In this document: in pieces, positions 49,132 to 59,549 of the stretch
Layout of the letters: every line of letters begins with the position of its first letter
How positions within the stretch are numbered: the first letter of the stretch is position 1
Assembly: GCA_965215565.1 (NCBI GenBank)
Contig: CBDCDZ010000004.1
Location: 480,001-544,000 of the forward strand
From: Trueperaceae bacterium
GTDB lineage: Bacteria > Deinococcota > Deinococci > Deinococcales > Trueperaceae
Length of the DNA: 64,000 nt
Reading direction: 5' to 3'
Program-made: the position numbers and the translations under genes
The notes under the pieces: generated by a model
What the model saw: only the letters and a program-made list of their open reading frames with translations
Database searches by the model: none
What the model was told of the DNA's origin: nothing

Positions 49132-49162
49132 AGAGCCTCACCCGTTTGCAGGGTGAGGCTCT
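49132..49162. terminator. Bidirectional terminator hairpin
   Basis: AGAGCCTCACCC-GTTTGCA-GGGTGAGGCTCT between convergent genes. Confidence 0.8.
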
Positions 49163-49182
49163 TCTTCGTGGGAGCGTCTGGG

Positions 49183-51147
49183 TCAGGACTCGAGCAACAC
49201 CACACCGCACGCCTCGAGTTCACTGCGGCCCGTAAGCGCGGCAAATCCACCCTCGAGCCCGGCGCTGTGCGGATTGAAATTCATGAGGTAGGTTCCCTTA
49301 CCTCGTTTCGTGAGCCGCACCCCTTCAGGGAGCGACGTGAGCGAGAGGTCCGCAGCCTCTAAGATTTGCGTGAAGAGCGTCCGGTGTAGTGCGTCACCTC
49401 CCCACATCCCTAAAACCGTGCACCGCCCCTCCCCTACCTCTTGACGGGTCACGGCGGCAGCGTCCGGGTAGGCGTTTGCCCGGTACGTCGCCAAAACTTC
49501 AGCGGAGGTTGGCGTCAGCACGTCCGCCCAGGTGTGATAGGCGTAGGTTTCGCCGCCGAGTTCAACCTCTTCACGGACGCCGGGCCGCAGCCCGTCCACG
49601 TGGTCGATGCGCACGCCCGTCAGCTTAGAGAGTGGACCCGGCGCAGGAGCGTGGGCGATGTTCGTGCGCGTCTTCGCGCCGCTGCGCGGTCCCAACACGA
49701 GGTGCCCGCCTGCTTTCACGTAGTCCGTTAGATGCTTCGCCAACGTTTCGTCTACGAGATGCAGCGCAGGTGCAAAGACGACTTTGTAACCGTCCAAATC
49801 TTCACTCGGGTGAAGGACGCTGACCTCTAGCCCCGACTCTCTCAGCGTTTTGTAATGGTCGAGCAGGAGCGCCCAGTAGTTCCAGCCCTGCGCGTGCGGC
49901 TGTAAGTGCGTCGCCCAGAGATTTTCGATGTCGAAAAGCAGCGCGACATCCGCCGTGACCTCTTCTGAAGCCACCCACTCTCCCGCAACCTCTTTCGCCA
50001 CCTCTTTTGACTCTGTGCTCGCCCTGTCCGCCCTTCCGTCATGCAAGTTCATGCCCGCGTGCATCAGCTCCTGTGCGCCCCGCGCCGAACGCCACCGGAA
50101 GTACGCCACCACATCCGCCCCGTGCGCAAACGCCTGATGCGACCAGAGCCGCACCGCGCCGGGCATGGGCAAGGGGTTTGAGGGAGCCCAGTTGACCTGT
50201 CCGGGCTGCTGCTCCATGACCCAGAAAGGTTTGCGCTTTGCACCGTAGTAGAGGTCGTGCATCATGGAGGTGAGGTCGGGGTGGGCGGTGCGCATGTAGC
50301 GCGTTTTCACCTCTTCGGGCAGGAAGCTGGTCTCGAGCGTCCCCAGCGGGTAGTTATCCCAGGTCAAAACGTCTAAGTTTTTCGCGAGCTTGTGGTAGTC
50401 GAGGTCAGCGAAGTAGATCATCGCGTTGTGCGTAATCGGCTTGTCCGAAGAGTTACGGATGAGGTCACACTGCACCTTGTCGTAGTCCACTACCGAATCG
50501 GACGAGAAGCGGTAGAAGTCCAAGCTGTGGCTCGGATTGGCTTCGGTCACAGTTAAGTTGGGCAGGTCAACCTCTTCAAAAGAGGTGTACTCCATGCTCC
50601 AGAAGACGTTCCACCAGGCTTCGTTGAGCGTTGCGACGTCGCCATACTTTCGCCCTAACCAGACGCGAAACGCCCGCTCACAGTTCGGGCAGTAGCAGCG
50701 AATCGTGTCGTGACAGCCGTACTCATTATCGGTCTGCCACGCCTGCACCGCCTCATGCTCGCCGTAGCGTTCGGCTAAAAGGGTGACGATGCGCTCAGTT
50801 TCCTGACGGTAAGAGTTCGAGTTGAAGCAGTAGTGGCGGCGCGAGCCAAATTTACGCACTCTCCCCTGCTCGTCTACTTGTAAAACGTCGTCGTACTTGT
50901 CAATAAGCCATTTGGGAGGCGTCGGTGTCGGCGTACCTAAAACTACCTTCAAACCTGTGTTACCGAGAATGTCAATAGAGCGGTCCAGCCAGTCAAGCTC
51001 GAGCCTCCCGTCCTCCGGCTCTATGCGGCTCCACGCGAATTCGCCGATGCGCACCCAGGTGAGCCCTAGCTCTTTCATCCGCTTCGCGTCAGGTTGCCAG
51101 GTGTCTTCGGGCCAATGTTCGGGGTAGTAGCAGGTGCCTAGTGTCAT
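49183..51147 (-). CDS. GH42 beta-galactosidase
   Basis: G.CYYPEHW, RIGEFAW..IEP, W..DNEYGCH, WD.YP, WVMEQQPG.VNW; leaderless TAGACT-7nt-ATG. Confidence 0.95.
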   Translation of the reverse strand: MTLGTCYYPEHWPEDTWQPDAKRMKELGLTWVRIGEFAWSRIEPEDGRLELDWLDRSIDILGNTGLKVVLGTPTPTPPKWLIDKYDDVLQVDEQGRVRKFGSRRHYCFNSNSYRQETERIVTLLAERYGEHEAVQAWQTDNEYGCHDTIRCYCPNCERAFRVWLGRKYGDVATLNEAWWNVFWSMEYTSFEEVDLPNLTVTEANPSHSLDFYRFSSDSVVDYDKVQCDLIRNSSDKPITHNAMIYFADLDYHKLAKNLDVLTWDNYPLGTLETSFLPEEVKTRYMRTAHPDLTSMMHDLYYGAKRKPFWVMEQQPGQVNWAPSNPLPMPGAVRLWSHQAFAHGADVVAYFRWRSARGAQELMHAGMNLHDGRADRASTESKEVAKEVAGEWVASEEVTADVALLFDIENLWATHLQPHAQGWNYWALLLDHYKTLRESGLEVSVLHPSEDLDGYKVVFAPALHLVDETLAKHLTDYVKAGGHLVLGPRSGAKTRTNIAHAPAPGPLSKLTGVRIDHVDGLRPGVREEVELGGETYAYHTWADVLTPTSAEVLATYRANAYPDAAAVTRQEVGEGRCTVLGMWGGDALHRTLFTQILEAADLSLTSLPEGVRLTKRGKGTYLMNFNPHSAGLEGGFAALTGRSELEACGVVLLES

Positions 51148-51282
51148 GAGGTGTAGTCTACGACGGGTGGCTTGAGGGTCAGGGTGTATACCCAAAAAGC
51201 ACTTCAGTCGGTCAGCATCTTAGGAGAAACGGAAGAGGTACAAATCAGCACGCTGCCAAGGTCTGTATATTAAACTGTAACT

Positions 51283-52455
51283 ATGAATACTACCCCCCTC
51301 AGTTGTCAGAAACACCTCTTCTCTTTACCCAAGGACAGCCACTACCTCAACTGCGCGTACATGTCGCCGCTTTCGCATAGGGTCGAGGCGGCAGGATTGG
51401 CGGGCGTACGGCGGAAGTCTGTACCCGCGCAGATTACGCCGGCGGACTTCTTCAGGGAGGGTCACAAGGCGAGAGACCTCTTTGCGCAACTCGTCAACGC
51501 CTCACCGGAGCACATCGCCCTTGTCCCCTCCGTTTCTTACGGGATGGCGACAGTGGCGAAGAATTTGCAGATCGAAAGAGGTCCCCGTGCGAAAAACCGT
51601 ATCGTCACCTCGGCGGAGCAGTTCCCCAGCAACATGTACGTGTGGCGGCGGCTGCGGGACGCGGGAGCAGATTTACAGGTTGTGTCAGCGCCGGAAGGAA
51701 CACCGCGTTATCAAGGGTGGAATGAGGCGCTTTTAGAGGCGATTGATGAAACCACGACGCTCGTCGCCTTGCCTCACGTGCACTGGGCGGACGGGACGCG
51801 CTTCGACTTGGAGGCGATTGGGGCGAAGGCAAGGGAGGTCGGCGCAGCCCTCATTATCGACGGCACGCAGTCGCTCGGCGCGCTTCCCTTTGACGTGGCA
51901 AAACTGCAACCCGACGCGCTCATCGCCGGGTCGTACAAAACGCTGATGGGTCCGTATGGGCTCGGTTTCGCATATTACGGTGAGCAGTTTTTGGACGGGA
52001 CACCTTTAGAAGAGACCTGGATAGCCAGGCGCGGCAGCGAAGATTTCAGCCGCTTGGTGGACTATCAGGACGAGTACGCGGACGGCGCGGTGCGCTTCGA
52101 CGTGGGCGAGCGCAGCAATCCTATCCTTTTACCGATGCTCGTGGCTGCCTTAGAAGAATTGTTAGAACGTCGCCCTGAGCGGGTTCAGGCGTACTGCGCA
52201 GACCTCTTCCGTGAGCCGATTAGGGCGCTCTGCTCGCACGGCTACCGCGTGGAGGACGAAGCGAGTTCATCACGGCATCTCTTCGGGGTGAGGTTGCCGC
52301 AAGAGGTTGACTTAGAGACTTTGCGCACGGCTTTAGAGGCGCGTCACATTTACGTCTCCGTGCGCGGCGACGCGGTGCGGGTTGCGCCGAACGTCTATAA
52401 CGACGAAGCGGACGCGGCGGCGCTCGTGGAGGTATTGACGGAGGTTATCGGCTAA
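51283..52455 (+). CDS. Class V PLP-dependent aminotransferase (cysteine desulfurase/selenocysteine lyase-like)
   Basis: YLNCAYMSP, QFPSN, IDGTQS.GA, YK.LMGPYG, R.AP.VYN. Confidence 0.88.
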   Translation: MNTTPLSCQKHLFSLPKDSHYLNCAYMSPLSHRVEAAGLAGVRRKSVPAQITPADFFREGHKARDLFAQLVNASPEHIALVPSVSYGMATVAKNLQIERGPRAKNRIVTSAEQFPSNMYVWRRLRDAGADLQVVSAPEGTPRYQGWNEALLEAIDETTTLVALPHVHWADGTRFDLEAIGAKAREVGAALIIDGTQSLGALPFDVAKLQPDALIAGSYKTLMGPYGLGFAYYGEQFLDGTPLEETWIARRGSEDFSRLVDYQDEYADGAVRFDVGERSNPILLPMLVAALEELLERRPERVQAYCADLFREPIRALCSHGYRVEDEASSSRHLFGVRLPQEVDLETLRTALEARHIYVSVRGDAVRVAPNVYNDEADAAALVEVLTEVIG

Positions 52456-52719
52456 GGTGAGCGTGAAAAGACGGGGAAGTCAGCCGTTCACGGATTCCAA
52501 AGTTGACCCTACGCAGAAGAGGTATAGTCTAAAGCCCAAAGACTGGTTGCTCGAGTACAAGGATGACCCAAGCTAGCTCGAGAAGTCACAACGAGGTCAG
52601 CTTTCGTGTCTTTCACAAAGAACTAATTTTCACTGAAAAGAGCATACTACGCTTCATGAACCCATAAGCTGACAAAACGATGACTGGGGTTCGGTAGCCT
52701 CTCTTTCGGAGGTTACAAA

Positions 52720-53706
52720 GTGAAAAAACTCATTGCATTAGCCATTCTTGCCCTCGCTTGCGCTTCCTTTGCGCAGGATACCAGCGTGCGCATCGACGGC
52801 TCCTCGACGGTCTACCCCATCTCCTTGGCAGTCGCCGAAGAGTTCCAGATCATCAACCCTGACGCGCAAGTGACCGTGGCGTTTTCGGGTACGGGGGGCG
52901 GCTTCGAGAAGTACTGTAACAATGAGACCGACGTCAACGACGCGAGCCGCACAGTGCGTGAGGAAGAACTCGCCGAGTGCGCCCAAGAGGTCATCGAACT
53001 GCCCGTTGCCTTCGACGCGCTGACTGTCGCGGTCAACAACGAGGCGGACTTCGTAGACTGTTTGACCACGGACGAACTCGCGACGATCTTCGAGCCGAAC
53101 TCGAGCATCACTAACTGGAGCGACGTCCGCTCGGAATTCCCGGAGGAGCCGCTCGAGTTCTTTATCCCCGGCACCGACTCGGGCACGTTCGACTACTTCA
53201 CTGAAGCGATCAATGGCGAGTCCGGCGCGAGCCGCACCGACGTGACGCCTTCTGAAGACGACAACGTCTTGCTGCGCGGCATCTCGGGCAGCCAATACGC
53301 GCTCGGCTACTTCGGCTACGCCTACTACATCGAGAACCAGGGCGCGGTCAAGGCGCTTTCTATTGACTCCGGCGACGGCTGCGTCGAGCCCAGCGCCGCG
53401 ACGGTCGAGGACGGCACCTATCAGCCGCTCGCCCGCCCCTTGTTTATCTACGTGAGCCCAACCTCGGCAGAGAACAAGCCTATCATCGGTGAGTTCGTGG
53501 ACTTCTACTTAGGCGAAGATGCGCGTCCCTTAATCGAGGACACAGGCTACGTGCTCCTCAGCGACGAGGCGTACAGCGCCGCGCAGGAACGCTTTGATAA
53601 CCGCGTTACAGGCAGCGCCTTTATCGACTTCGCGCCGGGTAGCTCGGTGGTGGACACCATCCGCGAAGGCATGAGCGGTAGTGGCAGCAGCACGGGCGGC
53701 AACTGA
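52720..53706 (+). CDS. pstS: Phosphate ABC transporter substrate-binding protein
   Basis: DGSSTVYP, SGTGGGF, DASR, PGTDSGTFDYF, SEDDN, Y.PL.RPLFIY. Confidence 0.95.
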   Translation: MKKLIALAILALACASFAQDTSVRIDGSSTVYPISLAVAEEFQIINPDAQVTVAFSGTGGGFEKYCNNETDVNDASRTVREEELAECAQEVIELPVAFDALTVAVNNEADFVDCLTTDELATIFEPNSSITNWSDVRSEFPEEPLEFFIPGTDSGTFDYFTEAINGESGASRTDVTPSEDDNVLLRGISGSQYALGYFGYAYYIENQGAVKALSIDSGDGCVEPSAATVEDGTYQPLARPLFIYVSPTSAENKPIIGEFVDFYLGEDARPLIEDTGYVLLSDEAYSAAQERFDNRVTGSAFIDFAPGSSVVDTIREGMSGSGSSTGGN

Positions 53707-53755
53707 GTCAAGCTGACACTGCGCTGACATAACACGAGAAAGAATTCGTTATTCT

Positions 53756-53784
53756 AGTCCTCAGGGGATGCTCTGAGGACTTTT
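53756..53784 (+). terminator. Hairpin after pstS (terminator or mRNA stabiliser)
   Basis: AGTCCTCAGGG-GATG-CTCTGAGGACT followed by TTT. Confidence 0.7.
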
Positions 53785-53932
53785 CCTGTCGGTATCCATC
53801 ATACTTAGCTGAACTTCTAACGGTAATCTTGGTGTAGGTAGCGCTTCGCAGAGGTCGATCTACTCCGCACACCAATTACCACGCGCCCAGAAAAGCGCCC
53901 TCACTTATAAACTCATTCACAAAGGAGACTGT

Positions 53933-54871
53933 ATGGCGACAAGTCGAGCGGGCAAGGACGCGGCGAAAGCGGCGGGGCTCTCCAAGAGCGGCAACCGCAA
54001 CGCGAAGGAGACGGTTATAGCCGGGCTGCTCTTCGTCTGCGCCGCTATCTCAATCTTGACGACGCTGGCGGTGGTCTTCGCGCTCACCGAGGAGACGATC
54101 TCTTTTTTCCGTGAGGTCTCCGTCATCGAGTTCTTCACCAATGACCAGTGGACGCCGCTGTTTATGGAGAAAAATTACGGCATCGCCCCGCTCGTCGCGG
54201 GCACGCTGCTCGTCACGGGCATCGCGCTCATCATCGGTTTGCCCCTCGGTTTAGGGTCGGCTATCTACCTTTCAGAGTTCGCGGACGATAAGACGCGGCG
54301 CAGAATCACCCCTATTCTGGAGATTTTAGCGGGCATTCCTACAGTTGTCTTGGGTTACTTCGCGCTCCTTTTCGTCACGCCTATTTTGCGTAGCTTCATT
54401 CCGGGGGTGGACCTCTTTAACCCGCTCTCCGCCGGGTTGGTGATGGGCTTTATGATCTTGCCAACCGTCTCGTCTATCTCCTCTGATGCGATGCAGTCCG
54501 TGCCGCAGAGCCTGCGCGAAGGGGGCTACGGTTTGGGCGCGTCCAAATACGAAGTGGTTACCAAAATCGTCGTGCCCGCCGCGCTGTCGGGCATCGTGGC
54601 GTCCTTTATCCTGGCGATGGCAAGGGCGATTGGAGAGACGATGATCGTGACCCTAGCCGCCGGGCAGAAGCCGACGTTGACCTTTGACCCGCGCGACACC
54701 ATCGCGACGATGACCGCTTACATCGTGCAAGCGGGCACGGGCGACGCGCCTGCGGGCTCGCTGGCGGCCCGCTCGCTCTACGCGGTCGCCGCGACGCTCT
54801 TCGTCATGACCTTAGGACTCAACCTCATCGCGCAGCAAGTGGTGAGCCGCTTTCAGGAGCAGTACGAATAA
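53933..54871 (+). CDS. pstC: Phosphate ABC transporter permease
   Basis: E.LAGIPTVV.G, VP..LRE..YGLGA, RAIGETM. Confidence 0.95.
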   Translation: MATSRAGKDAAKAAGLSKSGNRNAKETVIAGLLFVCAAISILTTLAVVFALTEETISFFREVSVIEFFTNDQWTPLFMEKNYGIAPLVAGTLLVTGIALIIGLPLGLGSAIYLSEFADDKTRRRITPILEILAGIPTVVLGYFALLFVTPILRSFIPGVDLFNPLSAGLVMGFMILPTVSSISSDAMQSVPQSLREGGYGLGASKYEVVTKIVVPAALSGIVASFILAMARAIGETMIVTLAAGQKPTLTFDPRDTIATMTAYIVQAGTGDAPAGSLAARSLYAVAATLFVMTLGLNLIAQQVVSRFQEQYE

Positions 54872-56157
54872 TGGACACGCCCGCCAACAAACAAGCGCAG
54901 TCCGCCCCACCTCAGAAGAACAACAAGAGCCTCCTCAGTGACGAGGAAAAAAAGCGCTTAGCCGCCCGCAAACGCGCGGGGAAAATTTTCCAAGTCGTCA
55001 CCTTTATTCCGATAGTCCTAGCCATTGCGCTTATCGCCATACTCTTTTTCGATGTGATTAGAGATTCCATCTCGTGGCAGGTCATGGAGCCCGCGAATAG
55101 CGGCGAGACCTACGCCTGGAGCGTCGCCCCGTTTGGACAAGACGAGCCCATTTTGCGTCGCGAGTTCGCCGCACAGGGGGACAGCCCCGAAGAGGTCGAC
55201 AGGATTCTCAATGACGCCGAAGAGAAGCGCCTCTTCTACGCCCGCAACCGCATCGAGCTGATGTGGTACACCCAGGACGGTCCCTTCCGCTGGGTAGTCA
55301 CGAGTTCGCGTGACGACAACGTGCGCGCCGAAGACCGCAGCGTCTTGCAGTATGGACCCTTCGAGGGCTGGGCGCGGTTGGATGAGTTGAGGTCAGGGCT
55401 CGAGGAGGGGCAAAACCTCTACCTGAACCCCTGGCTCGACGTTTCATTTTTCAACAAGAACTCCTCGCGCAGCCCCATCGTCGCGGGTATTCGCACCGCG
55501 ATTTTGGGCAGCCTCTGGGTTATCGCCTTCGTCATGCTCTTCTCGATTCCGGTAGGTATTGGCGCAGCCGTTTACTTGGAGGAGTACGCGCCGGACAATA
55601 TGTTTACGCGCTTTATCGAGATCAATATTCGTAACTTGGCGGGCGTGCCGAGTATCGTCTACGGGATTTTAGGGCTTTACTTCTTCGTGCGGCTCGCGGG
55701 GCTCGGTCCGGTCATTCTATCCGCCGCCATCACGCTCTCGCTCCTCATCTTGCCAGTGGTCATTATCGCGGCGCGCGAGGCGATTAAGTCCGTGCCCAGC
55801 TCGCTCCGCCAGGCGAGTTACGGCTTAGGCGCGACGAAGTGGCAGACCGTGAGCCGCGTGGTGGTGCCCAACTCGGTCGCGGGCATCACGACGGGCGTCA
55901 TCTTGGCGGTTGCTAGGGCGATCGGCGAAACCGCGCCGCTGCTCTTAGTTGGCGCGGCGGCGTTCGTGCCCTTCTTGCCTGACGGTCCGATGTCGCGCTA
56001 CACAGTCATGCCCATCCAAATCTACTCTTGGGTCGCGGAGAACGACGTCGAATTCATCCACGTCGCCTCGGCTGCCATCATCGTCCTGCTCACCGTGCTG
56101 CTGTTGCTCTACGCCTTAGCCTTTTACGTTCGCCGCCGCTTTGAGCGGAAGTGGTAG
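54871..56157 (+). CDS. pstA: Phosphate ABC transporter permease with inserted extracytoplasmic domain
   Basis: AG...AI.GS, YLEEYA, NLAGVPSIVYG, RAIGETAPL. Confidence 0.93.
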   Translation: MDTPANKQAQSAPPQKNNKSLLSDEEKKRLAARKRAGKIFQVVTFIPIVLAIALIAILFFDVIRDSISWQVMEPANSGETYAWSVAPFGQDEPILRREFAAQGDSPEEVDRILNDAEEKRLFYARNRIELMWYTQDGPFRWVVTSSRDDNVRAEDRSVLQYGPFEGWARLDELRSGLEEGQNLYLNPWLDVSFFNKNSSRSPIVAGIRTAILGSLWVIAFVMLFSIPVGIGAAVYLEEYAPDNMFTRFIEINIRNLAGVPSIVYGILGLYFFVRLAGLGPVILSAAITLSLLILPVVIIAAREAIKSVPSSLRQASYGLGATKWQTVSRVVVPNSVAGITTGVILAVARAIGETAPLLLVGAAAFVPFLPDGPMSRYTVMPIQIYSWVAENDVEFIHVASAAIIVLLTVLLLLYALAFYVRRRFERKW

Positions 56158-56158
56158 A

Positions 56159-56260
56159 AGCGGGTATCAAAGTCGGTCTCACTGACGTTCGGAACCAGTC
56201 ACAAACGCAATCAGTTTAGACAGCGCCGCTCGACATTGACGTTGAAATGGTGATACCTGC
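56159..56260 (+). mobile_element. TAGCAG-family element, copy 6 (degenerate), between pstA and pstB
   Basis: AGCGGGTATCAAAGTCGGTCTCACT..GTTCGGAAC matches the reverse complement of 34843-34879; closes with TGATACCTGC. Confidence 0.6.
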
Positions 56261-56304
56261 GTCGTTCAAACACAATTACTATAATTATTTCTGGAGCCCC
56301 CACT

Positions 56305-57114
56305 ATGCCCATGCCCGACATCGACAACAACCACGAAACCATCCACACCGACGTACCCGACGACAGCGAAGTCGCTGTCCATATCGAGGATTTCAAACTC
56401 TGGTACGACAAATTCCAGGCGCTCCACGGCGTTTCGGTCAAGTTCCCCAAAAACCAAGTCTCGGCTCTGATTGGCGCGTCGGGCTGCGGCAAGACGACGC
56501 TCTTGCGCTGCATCAACCGGATGAACGACCTCATCCCCATCGTCAAGACTGAGGGACGGGTCATCTATGAAGACGTCGACGTTTACGACAGCTCCGTCGA
56601 CCCGGTCGAAGTGCGCAGGCGCGTCGGGATGGTCTTTCAGAAACCGAACCCCTTTCCGAAAAGTATTTACGACAACGTTGCGTTCGGTCCTCGGCTAAAC
56701 GGTTATAGCGGCGATATGGACGAGCTGGTTGAGAAAAGCCTCAAGGGAGCCGCTGTGTGGGACGAGGTTAAGGACAAGCTAGGGCAGTCGGGGCTCAGCC
56801 TTTCAGGTGGGCAGCAGCAGCGCCTCTGCATCGCCCGCGCGATGGCGACCGAGCCCGACGTTATCCTGATGGACGAGCCGACCTCGGCCTTAGACCCCGT
56901 CGCGACGGACCGCATCGAAGAGTTGATTCACGAGATCAAGAAAGACTATACGGTCATTATTGTGACGCATAACATGCAGCAAGCGGGGCGCGTGGCGGAC
57001 CGCACGGCGTTTATGCACTTAGGTGTGATGGTGGAAGAAGGGCCCACCGATCAGATTTTTACGAACCCTAAGCATGAGATGACCGAAAGGTATGTGGAGG
57101 GGCGGTTCGGGTAA
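56305..57114 (+). CDS. pstB: Phosphate ABC transporter ATPase
   Basis: [52 protein letters not shown]. Confidence 0.97.
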   Translation: MPMPDIDNNHETIHTDVPDDSEVAVHIEDFKLWYDKFQALHGVSVKFPKNQVSALIGASGCGKTTLLRCINRMNDLIPIVKTEGRVIYEDVDVYDSSVDPVEVRRRVGMVFQKPNPFPKSIYDNVAFGPRLNGYSGDMDELVEKSLKGAAVWDEVKDKLGQSGLSLSGGQQQRLCIARAMATEPDVILMDEPTSALDPVATDRIEELIHEIKKDYTVIIVTHNMQQAGRVADRTAFMHLGVMVEEGPTDQIFTNPKHEMTERYVEGRFG

Positions 57115-57126
57115 GCAAACCCGCCC

Positions 57127-59049
57127 CTACTCAACTTTGACCTTTTTCATCGGGGCGAGCGTACACTCCTTAGCTAAGAACCGCTCTGCCCCATCTTTGT
57201 CCAGCGGTTTTGAGAAGAGATAGCCCTGCACGAAGTCGCACTGCAAGCGCTTGAGCTGCTCGAGCTGCGCGGGCGTTTCAACTCCTTCCGCCACCACGTG
57301 CATCCCCAAGGTGCGAGCCATCGAGAGGATGGTGCTCACGAGTTCCGCGCCCGCTCTGCCGTCCATCTTTTCGATGAAGGAGCGGTCGATTTTAAGGGTG
57401 TCGGTGGGCAACTCTTGCAGGTAGGATAAGGACGAGTAGCCCGTGCCGAAGTCGTCGATGTGGAGCTTGACGCCTAGCTCGCGGAGCCCGTTCAGGACAG
57501 CTTGCGCGGCGGGACTGCGGCTCATCATGATGCCCTCGGTGATCTCCAACTTGAGGTGCTCGGCCTGGAGCCCCGTCTCCTCTAAAACTGACCCGACAAG
57601 GGGCACGAGGTCGGTGCGTGTGAACTGCTGCGAGGAGAGGTTGACGCTAAGTGTCAGCGGGGGCTGCGCCGGGTAGCGAGCTTGCCACGCGGTCACTTGC
57701 GTGCAGGCTTCGCGCATGACCCAGCGGTCGATGGCGATGATAAGGTCGGACTCCTCGGCGACGGGCACGAACTCGGAGGGCGCGATGAGGCCGTATTGGG
57801 GATGATGCCAACGCACCAGGGCTTCAAAGCCGATGAGCGCGTCACTCTGCGCGGAGAGGATCGGCTGATAGTTGATCTGCAACTCGCGGCGCTCCACGGC
57901 GAAGCGCAAGTCGGACTCCAAGGTCATGAGCATCAGGGCCCGCTCGCGCATCTCGGTGTCGAAGAGGGCGTACCGCGCTTTGCCGAGCGACTTGGCGCGG
58001 TACATGGCGAGGTCGGCGTCGCGCAAGACCTCGCCGACGCTGCTATAGCCAATTTGACTCGAGACGATTCCGATGCTCGCCGACGTGTAGACCTCGTGCT
58101 CGCCGAGCTGAAAAGGCGTGAGCAGTTCGCGCTGGATGCGCTCGGCAATCTTCACGGCTTCGTCTATACCGCTTATATCCTCGAGCAAAAGGGTGAATTC
58201 GTCGCCACCTAATCTAGCGACGGTGTCCGCCGGACGCACCAAATTACAGAGGCTTTCAGCGATTCCTTTTAGGAGCGCGTCGCCCACCGTATGCCCAAGG
58301 CTGTCGTTGATAACCTTGAAGCGGTCGAAGTCCAGGAAGAGCACCGCAAATTCGTTGTCGGCGTCGCGCTTCTCGCGCTCTAGGGCGTGCGCTAAGCGGT
58401 CGCCAAAGAGCGCCCGGTTCGCTAGACCCGTCAAGCTGTCGTGAAAGGCGTCATAGAGAAGTTGCTCGTTGGCCTTGACAAGCTCAGCAGTGCGCTCCGC
58501 GACGCGCTGCTCGAGCTTGCGGTTCGCGTCCGCCAAGGCCTCGTTCGCTTGAGCAAGGGCCTCCTCCGCTTCGACACGCGCCGTGATGTCTTGCTGCACG
58601 CCGATGAAGTGCGTGAGTTCGCCCTCATCACTGTAAACGGGCGAGATGACCAACTCGTTCCAGAAGGGTACGCCGTCCTTACGGTAGTTTTTGAGAACGA
58701 CTTTGCAGCCTTCGCCGCAATGAAGCGCGTCGCGAATCACCTGCACAGCCTCCGGGTCAGTTTCCGGGCCTTGCAAGAAGCGGCAGCTTTGACCGAGCAC
58801 CTCGCTGGGCGTGTAACCCGTCATCACCGTAAAGGCGTCGTTGCAGTAGATTAAGGGGCGCTCGCTCTGGCTCGCGTCGGCAATCGTGACGCCGCTACTC
58901 GCCGCCGCCAACGCGCGTTCTTGGACGCGCATGATCTCGTCCGTCCAGCGGGCTCTCTCCGCCGGGTCACTTAGGTCCAGGTGGCAGTGCCAAAGGGACT
59001 CGAGCGCCGTACGCTCGTTATGGGTTAGTTGCGTTTTCTCTCCCGTCAT
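57127..59049 (-). CDS. LOV(PAS)-GGDEF-EAL c-di-GMP signalling protein
   Basis: GQSCRFLQG, NYRKDG..FWN, FIGVQ; RLGGDEF; FEALVRW; DDFGTGYSSL; EGVE. Confidence 0.92.
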   Translation of the reverse strand: MTGEKTQLTHNERTALESLWHCHLDLSDPAERARWTDEIMRVQERALAAASSGVTIADASQSERPLIYCNDAFTVMTGYTPSEVLGQSCRFLQGPETDPEAVQVIRDALHCGEGCKVVLKNYRKDGVPFWNELVISPVYSDEGELTHFIGVQQDITARVEAEEALAQANEALADANRKLEQRVAERTAELVKANEQLLYDAFHDSLTGLANRALFGDRLAHALEREKRDADNEFAVLFLDFDRFKVINDSLGHTVGDALLKGIAESLCNLVRPADTVARLGGDEFTLLLEDISGIDEAVKIAERIQRELLTPFQLGEHEVYTSASIGIVSSQIGYSSVGEVLRDADLAMYRAKSLGKARYALFDTEMRERALMLMTLESDLRFAVERRELQINYQPILSAQSDALIGFEALVRWHHPQYGLIAPSEFVPVAEESDLIIAIDRWVMREACTQVTAWQARYPAQPPLTLSVNLSSQQFTRTDLVPLVGSVLEETGLQAEHLKLEITEGIMMSRSPAAQAVLNGLRELGVKLHIDDFGTGYSSLSYLQELPTDTLKIDRSFIEKMDGRAGAELVSTILSMARTLGMHVVAEGVETPAQLEQLKRLQCDFVQGYLFSKPLDKDGAERFLAKECTLAPMKKVKVE

Positions 59050-59113
59050 AGCTGCACTCTAAAAGAACCCCTATCACGAGATTCTTACAGGTGAACGTTC
59101 GCAATAGCTACAT

Positions 59114-59156
59114 AACTAGATTTTTAGTTGACAACACGTTATCTCTCTGCTACGCT
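59114..59156 (+). promoter_or_regulatory. arsR promoter with overlapping inverted repeat operator
   Basis: TTGACA (59128-59133)-17 nt-TACGCT (59151-59156), 6 nt to GTG; AACTA-N6-TAGTT overlaps the -35 box. Confidence 0.7.
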
Positions 59157-59162
59157 AGACCT

Positions 59163-59477
59163 GTGAAACACGATCAAGCTGCTGCTGCTTTAGACGCGCT
59201 CGGCAACCCGGTGCGCCTCCAGCTCTACCGCACCTTGGTTCGCGCCGGTTCACCGGGGCTCAACATCACCGAGTTGCAGAGTAGGGTAGGCGGCGTCCCC
59301 CGCTCGACTTTAGCGCATCATTTGCAAAAACTCCTTTTAGCAGGGCTCATCCAGCAAGAGAAGGACGGCGCGAGCGTCCTGAGCCGCGCTCACTACTCTG
59401 TAATGAACAAGCTTGTCCGCTACCTCACGGAAGAATGCTGCGTGGACCAGTGCCGCCCGGGAGAGGAGACCGCTTGA
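59163..59477 (+). CDS. arsR: ArsR/SmtB family repressor with C-terminal Cys-Cys
   Basis: ALG...RL.LYR.LVRAG..GL, STL.HHL, YLTEECC. Confidence 0.88.
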   Translation: MKHDQAAAALDALGNPVRLQLYRTLVRAGSPGLNITELQSRVGGVPRSTLAHHLQKLLLAGLIQQEKDGASVLSRAHYSVMNKLVRYLTEECCVDQCRPGEETA

Positions 59478-59549
59478 CCTCTTAAACACTTCAGATTTAT
59501 TTTTTGACCACAAATAACGAATAAATTAGTGATTTAGTTAAGGAGAACG

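Noticed and set aside
52585..52633. Pho box upstream of pstS
   Set aside because: Only two GTCA half-sites at 11-bp spacing; too weak to call
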